Source: Okamejei kenojei
Taxonomy: Eukaryota
DNA: 64,000 nucleotides
Reading direction: 5' to 3'
Assembly: GCA_035221665.1 (NCBI GenBank)
Contig: CM069143.1
Location: forward strand, 46,128,001-46,192,000
The position numbers and the translations under genes were made by a program. The notes under the pieces were generated by a model. The model searched no databases and was not told where the DNA came from. It saw nothing but the letters and a program-made list of their open reading frames with translations. Within the stretch, counting starts at the first letter, position 1. Each line of letters begins with the position of its first letter. This document shows, in pieces, positions 12,976-24,626 of this stretch.

Positions 12976-13136
12976 GGCCCATTGCCATCCTGTCAGAAGG
13001 GTCAGCACTGGATGAGAGCAGCATCAGGATGTATGTACAAAAAGAAGGCAGAAGGTCCAACCAAAGGCAAGTTCCACTGAAGAAATACAGGAGACTGAGA
13101 CCCCGACTTTCCCACAAAGGACCCATGCCCTTCTGA
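12976..13136 (+). CDS. apln: Apelin coding exon 2: (G)PIAILSEGSALDESSIRMYVQKEGRRSNQRQVPLKKYRRLRPRLSHKGPMPF*
   Basis: Branch-like CTAAT, pyrimidine tract and CCCCAG| acceptor at 12975. Encodes the invariant apelin C-terminus RPRLSHKGPMPF followed by TGA (13134-13136). The exon ends at 13141 with a CAG|GTGAGG donor. Confidence 0.97.
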
Positions 13137-13188
13137 GTCAGGTGAGGAAAATTGCAAGAGTTGCATTTATTGATTGAAATGAAATTCG

Positions 13189-13634
13189 GGACGGCACAGT
13201 GGCACAGCGGGTAGAGCTGCTACCTCACAGTGCCAGATATCCAGGTTCAATCCTAACATGTACTGTCTGTGAGGAGTTTGCATGTTCTCACAGTAGATGC
13301 GTGGCTTTCCTGCAGGTGCTTTGGTTTATTCCCACATCCCAAGGACGTGCGGGTTTGTAGGTTAATTTACTTCTGTAAAATTGCCCTCGGGTGTAGGGAG
13401 TTGGATAAATGGGATAATATAGGACTAACGGACGATCAGTAGTCTGCATGACCCGATGGGCCTGTTTCCATGTGTAGGTGGGAACTGCAGACGCTGGTTT
13501 ACAGACACAAACTGCTGGAGTACCTCAGCCGGTCGGGCAGCATCTCTGGAGAAAAGGAATAGGTGACATTTAGCGTTGAAGTCCTTTCTCAGTCTCAGAC
13601 TATTTCCTTGCTGTACAATATCTCTAAGCTAAAC
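13189..13634 (+). mobile_element. HE1-like SINE interrupted near its tail by a Penelope-tail element (about 13473-13600, minus)
   Basis: GGCACAGTGGCACAGCGGGTAGAGCTGCT head; the tail resumes at TATTTCCTTGCTGTA...CTAAGCTAAAC after the insert. Confidence 0.8.
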
Positions 13635-15821
13635 AATTAATTCATTAATTTATTGCAAAACTTTGCAAATGGTTGTATTATTTAAATCCCTTGTCACAGG
13701 TCCTCTGTATCTTGGAGTATTATTTTTAGTGGCCACACTGCTTTCTTGCATGGCTGCAGTGCATTAAATGCCTTGAGGTGTGGGTGGTCCTTTGCACAGT
13801 GCAGTCCTTTACCTCCCCAGGCTAAAACGTCTAGCATGCTGTTTTACAAATGTGGTTGTTTAAACTTTGAACTCGCCCACAATAGTGTTGAAATAATTAA
13901 AAACAAATTTTCTCCACATTAATTGGAATGCATTATACGAGAGCCAACTCTTGTGTCTATTATTATGAAATGAATCTAACAGTAACTGTCTAAAAGGTTG
14001 CATTCAATGTCTAAAGCCACTGCCCCATTGAGCACATTGCATAGGAATTGAATGACTAAAACACTGAATCAAATTTTCTGTACCCAATCTTATACTATCC
14101 TTCTTTCAAGTATAACGCTGAAAAATATTGCGGCAGTCTCTGGAATACTTAATAATTGATGTAATGTTTCACAGACAAACATGAAGACAGCTAAATCCTT
14201 AATTGAACTAATCCAATTTCCAATATGAAGTGTTTATCACTGGTGGTGAGTTAGCATGGCCTGCCATGCATCAAGGCTACTAAAGATTTAGCTGCAATGT
14301 CTCACATTCCATCCCCTGATAATCTCAAAAGGCTGATGTTATTCTAAACCTTTAGCCCTGTCCGAGGAAAGTGCTTTTTGTGGAAAAAATTTAAATAAGT
14401 GATTTTTCTTTCTCCCCAGTAAGTAGGCTTAGTGTGTTTCCTTTTGTTAATTGAAAAGACACACAGACTTGCAATTATTTAGTGCCTTACATAACTTGGA
14501 ACATTCCACTGGTTTATAGGCATTGAATACTGTTGTATTGTAGGAAATGCGAAAATCAATTTGTGCGTTGCAGTGCAATCATGACCAAATCATTATTTCT
14601 AGGTGTTGGTTGAGGAATAAACATTGGCTAGAACAATAAAGATAATTCCTATGTTTTTCTTTCAAATAGTGCCAGGGGATCTGTGACTCAATAAAGCAGT
14701 CTTGAGCTGTAGTTTAATGCCTCATTCATAGGTAGCACGCGTGTCAGTGCAGAACACTCTGTAGTAGACTGAGACATCGGCATATATTTTTGGTTTTACA
14801 TTTAATCCAGACAATTGTGAGGAAATGCATTTTGGGAAGTCCAACATAAAGGCCAAATTGTAAATGGCTATGAACTCAGCAGAGTTCAGGTACCGAGCAA
14901 CCTTGGGGGCAAATTAATTGCACCAGTGTGCAATTCATTGCTTTCATTGGTGTCACAGGTGGATAGGGTAGCAAAGAAGACATTCTCCATGCTTGCCTTC
15001 ACAGGGGGTTGGGGGAAGAGGGCCGGGGGGGGGGGGGGGGAGAGGAGGTGGCAGCGGCCCAAAGAAAGCTCTGTCCCCAGAGGCCAAACATGAGCTCAAC
15101 AACAGCTGTGTCACCGGTACGTGGGGCGGGTGAAGAAGGGCTTGCAGGTACACTTTGCGAGTCGGGAGTGGGGTCAGAAGCCCTAAACGGCGAGAGACGG
15201 TTGGAGCCGGGAATGGGTCGACAGGTCATTCGATTCACATTCAGTTTACATTTTATATTTATTTTATTTTAGTTTCTGGCGCTCCATGTGCTTTGGAGAT
15301 ACTAAATTGTCATTTCATTATTACGTGATCTCTGTTAGTCTGTAAATCTGGATAATCCAGAAAGGCTCTGGATCCGAGGGCGCTGGAAAATCAGTGTATA
15401 ACCTGTATTCCTGTTGCAGGCTATATGTATCTTAGAGACTAGGAAAATATTATTGTGCAACCTAATAAGATTTCTTTAAACATGTTAGTTCAATTCATTT
15501 CATTTGAAAAGATAGTGCCAGATCTAATCTATTAAGTCAATATGTTACAGGTGTTATCTGACTGTCAAAGTGAAGTAGCCAATATGTTAAGATATCAATA
15601 GAAGGTAAAAGTTAGTCCTTTAGTTGTTAATGTATTAAGCTCATTGTGTCTAACTTAGTTATCTCAAAGTGGCACAGATGTTTGTTTGTTAAACTAACAT
15701 AATGATTTCCATGATACTGAGCTTGAATTAATTCTAATCCAAAAAATATTGGAGATGAACTACTCAAAGGTAACCAGATTTATCACTACTTAATCCCCAC
15801 AACTGCGCCTTTTAGAATTAA

Positions 15822-16406
15822 CTAGACCAAGTGGGACCCGTTGGGTCCCTGTCTTTGACAGGGAGGTCTGGTCCCCCAACGCAACACGTTCCTCAACACA
15901 ATATTCCACCACTAGCCCATAGACCCCACGGGAGGCCTGGTCCTCCAACGCAACCCGTTCCCCTTTCTCCAACACAACCCTTTCCCCCAACACAATATTC
16001 CAGCACTCACCCATAGCCGACAACTGCGCAGGGGCTGCTCATTTCGCCTTATTCAGCCTCCCTCATTTTTAAACTTTAAAAAAATAATCATTTTGCACTT
16101 GGTAGCTAGCTGAACTCAGTGTACTTCGATAGCATCAATGTTGCGAGCAGGGCTAAGCACAGGTTAATAAGAGAAACACAGGTCTTTTTTCCAAGTTTTA
16201 AGAGATTTTTGAACATTTTCATAAATAACTCAAGAAATAATGCATGAAAATTTCAGATAAGGCGACTTTTGACTTCACAGCGTAAATCTCTATTGGAATA
16301 TGTAAAAAGTCACCGTTAGCAGGTCGTGTTTTCAAGGAGATGTGAAATACACTTGAACTTCACACAAATGAATACACATCCAAGATCGTAGTTTTATGTA
16401 TATAGA
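15822..16406 (-). mobile_element. Non-autonomous Helitron (585 bp)
   Basis: Minus strand starts A|TCTATATACATAAAAC and ends with hairpin GGGACCC-AAC-GGGTCCC then ACTTGGTCTAG|T. Inserted between A and T with no TSD; internal imperfect tandem repeats at 15861-16016. Confidence 0.8.
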
Positions 16407-16684
16407 TGTAGACTCATAGGGATTTTTTTTTTGAATAAGTAATTCAAATTTAATTTTGAAATATTGAAAATTAATACCAAGTAGAATAACTCAACTTTCC
16501 TTGATATTCAATGACTTCAAAGAATAGTGAACCATGCAGTTCTATTGGTTGGATTTAATGTACATTTAATATAAAACAACTCATGGTTCCATCCAGAATT
16601 TTGCTCACTGATGCTTTCTCTTGCAATATCATCCTTTAATTTTATTATCTCTTGCAAGTGTGAACTCCTGTAACACAAGCTTGT

Positions 16685-16910
16685 AGTTTAGTTTAAAGAT
16701 ACAGCAAGGAAATAGGCCCTTTGGCCCACCAAGTCAGCACTGACCTGCGATCCCCGAACATTAACACTACCCTATACACACTAGAGAAAATTATATATTT
16801 ATATCAAGCCAATTAACCTAAAAACCTGTACGTCTTTGGAGTGTGGGAGGAAACTGAAGATCTCGGAGAAAACCCACGCAGGTCACAGGGAGAACATACA
16901 AACATCCAGA
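16685..16910 (-). mobile_element. HE1-like SINE, 3' part (5' part at 20951-21018, split by a CR1 insertion)
   Basis: SINE sequence stops at ...CAAACATCCAGATA and resumes after the LINE tail as AGCACCTGTTGTCACTATCGAACCCGG. Confidence 0.85.
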
Positions 16911-17292
16911 TAAATGAATAGATAAGAGGCCCACAGGAGCCGTTGGAAGAGAAGGAGGGGGAGGAGCGACACCCGACCGGTAAGCTTTAAAATCAAGCGC
17001 GGGGCTTGTTTTTTCAGAGGCCCACAGGAGCCGTTGGAAGAGAAGGAGGGGGAGGAGTGACATCCGACCGGTAAGCTTTAAAATCAAGCGCGTGCCTTGC
17101 CTAAATCCATAATGTTTCATTTGGAGAAGTGGGTTTTTTTGAGGAAGCCGCTGATTGGTGGGAAGTGGACTAGGGTAAGCAGCTGATTGGTGGGAAGTGG
17201 ACCAGGGTAAACAGCTGATTTACAGTCAGATTTCAGCAGTTTGTTGTTTGCTTTGTATTGTGTTGATATTGTATCCTGTGTAAGGGGGGAGT

Positions 17293-18018
17293 ATGAAGGC
17301 CAGGGCAGTGTACTGTTCTAGATGTCAGATGTGGGAGGTCAGGGAATCTGATAGCCCTCCAGACGTCCACATCTGCGCCAGGTGTGTCGAGATGGGGCTC
17401 CTAAAGGACTGTGTTAGGGACCTGGAGCAGCAGCTCGATGACCTCCGTCTGGTCAGGGAGAGTGAGGAGGTCATAGAGAGGAGCTACAGGGAGGTAGTCA
17501 CTCCCAGACCACAGGAGGCAGACAAGTGGGTCACGGTTAAGAAGGGCAAGGGGCAGAGGCAGGGGCCAGAGAGTACCCCTGTGACCGTACACCTGGAAAA
17601 TAGTTACTCGGGTTTGAGTACGATTGGAGGGGACAGCCTAGCTGGGGGCAGCAACAGCGGCCGGGCCTCCGGCACAGAGACCGGCCCTGATGCTCAGAAG
17701 GGTAGCAAAAAGAGGAGGGCAATTGTAATAGGGGACTCTATAGTTAGGGGGTCGGATAGGCGATTCTGTGGACGCAGTCGGGAGACCCGGATGGTAGTTT
17801 GCCTCCCTGGTGCCAGGGTCTCGCATGTGTCAGAACGTGTCCAAAAGATTCTGATAAGGGAGGGAGAGGAGCCTGATGTTGTGGTACACATAGGTACCAA
17901 TGACATAGGCAGAAAAAGTGACGAGGTCCTGAAGGGAGAATTTAGGGAGTTGGGGGGGAAAGTTAAGGAGAAGGACCAAAAGGGTAACGATTTCAGGATT
18001 ACTGCCTGTGCCGCGTGA
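17293..18018 (+). pseudogene. CR1 ORF1: zinc finger, coiled coil and SGNH/GDSL esterase; frameshifted and deleted at the 3' end
   Basis: CSRC...HICARC, leucine-zipper-like segment, IVIGDSIVR and VHIGTND esterase blocks. Confidence 0.88.
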
Positions 18019-18060
18019 CAGTGAGAGTAGGAATGAAATGAAAAAGATAATAGACAGAGA

Positions 18061-20858
18061 ATAAGGGATGGTGGGTTTCTAAAATGTGTATATTTTAATG
18101 CTAGGAGCATTGTAAGTAAGGTGGATGAACATAGAGCCTGGATTGACACCTGGAAATATGATGTTGTGGCAATCAGTGAAACATGGTTGCAGGAGGGCGG
18201 TGATTGGAAACTAAATATTCCAGGATTTCGTTGCTTCAGGTGTGATAGAATTGGAGGGACCAGAGGGGGAGGTGTTGCATTGCTTGTCAGAGAAGATATT
18301 ACAGCAGTGCTTTGGCAGGATAGAGGGCTCGTCTAGGGAGGCTATTTGGGTGGAACTGAGAAGTGGGAACGGTGTAGCAACACTTTTAGGGGTGTACTAT
18401 AGACCGCCAAATGGGGAGCGAGAATTGGAAGAGCAAATATGTAAGGAGATAGCAGATATTAGTAGTAAGCACAAGGTAGTGATTGTGGGAGATTTCAATT
18501 TTCCAAAAATAGACTGGGAAACACATTCTGTAAATGGGCTGGATGGTTTGGAGTTTGTAAAATGTGTGCAGGATAGTTTTTTGCAGCAGTACATAGAGGT
18601 ATCGACCAGAGAAGGGGCAGTGCTGGACCTCCTGTTAGGAAATGAGTCAGGTCAGGTGACGGAGGTATGCGTTGGTGAGCACTTCGGGACCAGTGATCAA
18701 AATACCATTAGTTTCAATATAATTATGGAGAGAGTCAGAACTGGACCTAGGGTGGAGATTTTTGATTGGAGAAAGGCCAACTTTGAGGGAATGCGTAAGG
18801 ATTTTAAAGGAGTGAATTGGGACACTTTGTTTCATGGGAAGGATGTAGAAGAGAAATGGAGGACATTTAAAGGGGAAATTGTAAGAGTACAGAATCTTTA
18901 TGTCCCTGTTAGGTTGAAAGGAAATAGTAAAAATTGGAAAGAGCCATGGTTTTCAAGGGAAATTAGGACACTTGTTTCGAAAAAAGAGAGATATCTACAA
19001 TAATTATAGGAGGCATGGAGTAAATGAGGTGCTAGAGGAGTATAAAGAATGTAAAAAGAATCTTAAGAAAGAAATTAGGAAGGCTAAAAGAAGATATGAG
19101 GTTGCTTTGGCAAGAAAGGTGAAAGTAAATCCAAAGGGTTTCTACAGCTATATTAATAGCAAAAGGATAACGAGGGATAAAATTGGATCATTAGAGAACC
19201 AGAATGGACAGCTATCTGCAGAGCCAAAAGAGATGGGGGAGATATTGAACAATTTCTTTTCTTTGGTATTCACCAAGGAGAAGGATATTGAACTCTGTGA
19301 GGTAAGGGGAAAAAGTAGAGTAGCTATGGAGACTATGAGATTCAAAGAGGAGGAAGTACTGACACTTTTGAAAAATATAAAAGTCCTGACAGGATATTCC
19401 CTAGGACATTGAGGGAAGTTAGTGTAGAAATAGTAGGAGCTATGACAGAAATATTTCAAATGTCATTAGAAACGGGAATAGTGCCGGAGGATTGGCGTAC
19501 TGCGCATGTTGTTCCATTGTTTAAAAAGGGTTCAAAGAATAAACCTAGCAATTATAGACCTATTAGTTTGACGTCAGTGGTGGGCAAATTAATGCAAAGG
19601 ATACTTAGAGATAATATATATAAGCATCTGGATAAACAGGGTCTGATCAGGAACAGTCAACATGGATTTGTGCCTGGAAGGTCATGTTTGACAAACCTTC
19701 TTGAGTTTTTTGATGCGGTAACTAGGGAAATTGATGAGGGTAAAGCAGTGGATGTTGTCTATATGGATTTCAGTAAGACCTTTGACAAGGTTCCCCATGG
19801 AAGGTTGGTTAAGAAGGTTCAGTCTTTGGGTGTTAATGGCGGAGTAGCAAGATGGATTCAACAGTGGCTGAATGGGAGATGTCAGAGAGTAATGTTGGAT
19901 GGCTGTTTGTCAGGTTGGAAACCGGTGACCAGTGGGGTGCCTCAGGGATCTGTGTTGGGTCCACTGTTGTTTGTCATGTACATCAATGATCTGGATGATG
20001 GGGTGGAAAATTGGATAAGTAAGTATGCAGATGATACTAAGATAGGTTGTGTTATGGATAATGAAGTAGATTTTCAAAGTCTACAGAGATTTCGGCCATT
20101 TGGAAAAGCGGGCTGAAAGATGGCAGATGGAGTTTAATGCTGTTAAGTGTGAAGTGCTACATCTTGGCAGGACAAATCAAAATAGGATGTACATGGTAAA
20201 TGGTAGGGAATTGAGGAATGCTGTGGAACAGAGGGATCTAGGAATAACTGTGCATAGTTCCCTGAAGGTGAAATCGCATGTAGATAGGGTGGTAAAGAAA
20301 GCCTTTGGTGTGCTGGCCTTTATAAATCAGAGCATTGAATATAGGAGTAGGGAAGTAATGTTAAAATTGTACAAGGCATTGGTAAGACCAATTCTGGAGT
20401 ATGGTGTACAATTTTGGTCGCCTAATTATAGGAAGGATGTCAACAAAATAGAGAGAGTACAGAGGAGATTTACTAGAATGTTGCCAGGGTTCCAGCAACT
20501 ATGTTACAGAGAAAGGTTGAACAAGTTAGGTCTTTATTCTTTGGAGCGCAGAAGGTTAAGGGGGGACTTGATTGAGGTCTTTAAAATGATGAAAGGGATA
20601 GACAGAGTTGACGTGGATAAGCTTTTCCCATTAAGGGTAAGGAAGATTCAAACAAGAGGGCATGACATGAGAATTAAGGGACAGAAGTTTAGGGGTAACG
20701 TGAGGGGGAACTTCTTTACTCAGGTGGCTGTGTGGAATGAGCTTCCAGCAGAAGTGGTGGAGGCAGGATCGATTTTAACATTTAAAAGTAAAGTGGATAG
20801 GTATATGGACGTGAACGGAATGGAGGGGTATGGTCTGAGTGCAGGTAGATGGGACTAG
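18061..20858 (+). pseudogene. CR1 ORF2 (APE endonuclease + reverse transcriptase), frameshifted
   Basis: YFNARS, AISETW, YYRPP, GDFNFP, YRPISLTS, QHGF, DFSKTFDKV, PQGSVLGP and YADD motifs spread over five ORF pieces. Confidence 0.93.
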
Positions 20859-21104
20859 GGGAAAACAAATGGTCGGCATGGACTGGAAGGGCCGAGAGGG
20901 CCTGTTTCCGTGCTGTAATTGTTATATGGTTATATGGTTATATGGTTATAAGCACCTGTTGTCACTATCGAACCCGGTCTCTGGCACTGTAAGGCAGTAG
21001 CTCTACTCCTTCACCACTCCAGCTCTGGAAGAAATAAGCAAATCCTTAGTTTTGTGGATTAAATTTTAGTGTATTTTTTTTCTTCTAAAATCCAGTGAGT
21101 GAAG

Positions 21105-21485
21105 GCCCAGGGGTGTCAAAAGCTCTTCATATGTTAACCCACTTTTTCCTTGGATCATTCCTGTACACCTTGTCTAGACCATCTCCAGACCCAGCACATC
21201 CTTCCTCAGATATGGTGCTCAAAATTGTTTACAATACTCCAAATGCGGCCTGATCAGCTGCTTATAGAGCCTCAGCAGTACATCTCTGTTTTTGTTTTCT
21301 AGCCCTCTTAAAATAAATGCATTGCGTTTGCTTTCTTTACTACTGATTTGACTTGCAGATTAACTTTTTGGGAATCCTGTAACAGTCCTCCCAAGTCCTT
21401 TTGCACCTCTGATTTTTTGATTCTCTCCCCATTTAGAAAACACATTTATTCCTAAGAAAATAGTCTACGCCTTTATTCCTATGTC
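21105..21485 (-). mobile_element. CR1 ORF2 internal fragment
   Basis: Reverse complement resembles the segment encoding LYK.L.RP.LEY..QF...Y.RKD of the full copy. Confidence 0.7.
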
Positions 21486-24311
21486 TTCCGTTTCACCTTA
21501 AAATTCATACTACTTATTAGTTTCCCACAGACCCAAGTTGTTCACGTTTTGTTTAAATTGTCGCCAGACTTCTGACTGCCCTGTGAACTCTATTCCTGGA
21601 AACTGCTATCATTTCAAATTCTCCTTATCCCACAGAAGGCCAAAGAGTAATTTGTATCATATGAAACAATATGCAATGAAGTAAGCCTTCGTGTGAGCAA
21701 GCTTTGATTTAGCAGATATTCTGAAATATTTGAAAGGATAAAAGATATTAAAGCATAAAAAATATCTCCAAGTGAGTCCTTTTAGTCTTCAAAAGTTTCA
21801 TCCAGGGAAACATCACTCGTGCAGGACATAATGTGACTTGTTTTGACTCCATTCCATTAGTGCTCTTTGTCTCTATAATGGCATCAATCTGCCTGTTTCG
21901 AGTTAAATACTAGATACCACCCTTAAATACTAGAGTTGAAATCAACTGTTGCAGATCTTTGCAATACCCACATTTATTAGTTGGTTAGGAAAGCCTGAAA
22001 TGATATAATACCGCAATGGCTAGTTGGAAAAAAAAATGCTTTCTGTGTGTTCTAGATGCACCCCCTCCAGGAAATTAAATCCTGGAAAGTAAATCCAATC
22101 CATGAAGTCTGAAATGTTACAGATAATTGTTCTGCGTTTTTATGTTCTATTTTTATTCTACCCCAGGTGCACCAGTCTACCTCCCCCCAAAACACAAGGT
22201 TATTAAAGTACATGTTTGACATTATCTAATCATTACTGCCTCATTTAGCACCTCCTTATTCTTAGATCTTTGCTGTTGGCTATTCACCAAACCTGTCAAT
22301 AATGGCAATAGGGAGATGTCCAGAAAGGAAATTGAACACCTGTTGAGAATGCCACCTGGAATGGCGGTACAGCTCGGCCAGAGTTTAATTTAGTTCATTG
22401 CTATCTAACTGTTCAGATATTTTGAATATTTCTCTTCCATCACAAGTTCCAACATAACTCGCATTTAGCATTTTGACTTCCCAGTAAATTGTCGTTTTTC
22501 AATACAAAGATTTCCTGATACGCAGCCAATAACTTTAGGCACTGGGAACATTCTGCAATTAATCTCTTCTTTCAAGCTGGTTATGCTGTATCGTGTGCTG
22601 TTTTCTGGAAGATGTTCTTTGGATTTAGTTTTACGGACTAAAAGATTTGGCCGATGCTCTGCTTAGCAAGACGGGCATTGATCTTCATGTTAAAACATCA
22701 TTCACACCACCGTCCCTCTACCTCAAATGGGGGGATTAAATGTCCGATCAAGGTCACCACCCTACCCCTCGTGTATTTGTAGCACAGTGCAGTGGAGAGC
22801 CATTTGTGAGAGAGAGATAAGAGAGGCAGAGTACAAAACTTGGAGTGCCCACTGTACAGTTGGGAAACAAACAAAATTCACTGCTGCTTTGGTTGTCCAG
22901 ATGTGTAGCAGTGGTATTGAAAATAAAACAGTCACAAAAACACACAGTGAATTATGTTTAAGCGCCAACAACTGTTGTGGGGAAAACATATAATCTGTTT
23001 GGCACTAACAAGCAGCAGCAAGATGAATGAGTGATTGTTCATGTTATTTTTTACTTGAGTAAGAGATATTGCCTAGAAGAAATGGTATACTTTTTTTGTG
23101 TAGCGCAGTGTGATTATTCACATTCACTTGAACAAGCCTCCTTTTTTCAGTACACTCTACATATTTAGAACATTGGATGTAGCCATTTAAAAAAAAAAGG
23201 TTTAATATTCCAATATTTATCAATACATTATGACAAACAGATTTGTTAATATCTCTGCTTCTGTTTTGTACCACTACAGCCCAGAACTACACTACATTAT
23301 TAAGACCTATAACTTCAAATTCCATTCAGATATTGCATTAATTCGGGACGCATTATGTGAGTTTGCAATAGATATTAAAATGACGAACATGTAAATAAGA
23401 TGTACATATTATGGAAGTAAGGACTTTGTGAGACCACGAGTGGAATATGTATCTGCACATGTGCCTGCAATTGAGAATGATAGGGACAATATCTCACGTA
23501 CACAGATTAATTTCAATTAACTATACATATAAAAATAAAACCTGAATGTCAAAGAGCCTGGACTTTGTCAGCAATCCAAGTGAGATACTTCAGTTTTTTT
23601 CCGATAGTCATTTTGGCACAAGATACAATGCGTCTCTGACAAGTCTCAACCCATTTCAAATTTATAGAAAGTGAGCCTGCCGAATACTTGCTGTGTGACA
23701 GGTAACTGCCCATTGTTAGATCAACAGCAGGCCCACTCTGAATTGGTCCGATTCCAGCTTGCTTTGCTGCAGTAACGATGATATCAGGTTAATTATTATC
23801 TGCATGTTAACAAAATGAAGAAACTTAAACTAATGGGACTTTTTACTCAGTTGCCAGGAGCCTGTATATCTTTGTGGGATAATGCAAAATCAAACTCAAA
23901 TGAGAATGACATGCTTTCCACACTGGTGGAAAATATTTCCAGATCTGTGGCTACGCGGGATATGCTTCAAACAACACGTCTTCAACACTGGCAACTTGTT
24001 AACAGAATAATTCACAAACAGCTGTTCCGTCCATCATTCTTTCTTTTCTACAAGGGCATTTTGAAAAGGCTGAACTGTTCTGTGCAACAGAAGCCTGTGA
24101 ATGCTGTAACGTTATTCATGTCTAGCTCTCTTGCATACACACACTCACACTGGCATAAACACCGCCAGCATGGTTGGAGCCCAGTTGGTTCAAGTCATTT
24201 AAGGTTGTTTTATTGGCAGAATATTCTTTTAAGAACGTGCCCTTTTAAAAAAAATATTTCAAACCATCCTGACAATCTGTCCAAATAGATATTACATTGT
24301 GCTGCTTCAGG

Positions 24312-24626
24312 TTTTAGTCTTAGCTTTAGAGATACAGCATGGAAACAGGCCCTTTGCCACACTGAGTCCGTGTCGACCAGCGGTCCCCCGCACATTAACA
24401 CTATCCTACACACAGGACGGACAATTTACAATCTTTACCAAAGCCAATTGACCTACAAACCTGTACATCTTTGGACTATGGGAGGAACCCAGAGCTCCCG
24501 GGTTAAACCCACCCAGGTCACAAGGAGAACGTACAAACTCCGTACAGGCAGCATCCATAGTCAGGATTGAACCTGGGTCTCTGGCGCTGTAAGGCAGCAA
24601 CTCTACTGATGGGCCACCGTGCTGCC
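24312..24626 (-). mobile_element. HE1-like SINE
   Basis: Complete head (GGCACGGTGG...CAGTAGAGTTGCTGCCTTACAGCGCCAGAGACCCAGGTTCAATCC) and tail. Confidence 0.9.

Larger units (their letters stand above)
16911..20950 (+). mobile_element. Near full-length CR1-clade LINE (about 4.0 kb, inactivated)
   Basis: 5' UTR with tandem repeats, ORF1, ORF2 with APE endonuclease and RT (PQGSVLGP, YADD), and a (TATATGGT)n tail at 20923-20950. Confidence 0.95.

Noticed and set aside
13821-13922. Acceptor followed by AKTSSMLFYKCGCLNF..., chemokine-like
   Set aside because: Wrong phase for exon 1, stops before a third cysteine, and lies in apelin intron 2.
15861-17220. Short spaced repeats suggesting a CRISPR-like array
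   Set aside because: Eukaryotic context; the repeats are internal to the Helitron and the CR1 5' UTR, with no unique spacers or cas genes.
22727-22993. ORF with C-x-C-x24-C-x16-C spacing like a CXC chemokine
   Set aside because: No signal peptide, no in-phase acceptor, extra cysteines and a GA-repeat-derived middle; most likely chance.
23815-24288. 157-aa intronic ORF
   Set aside because: No recognisable motif or exon boundaries; includes a CA-repeat-derived stretch.
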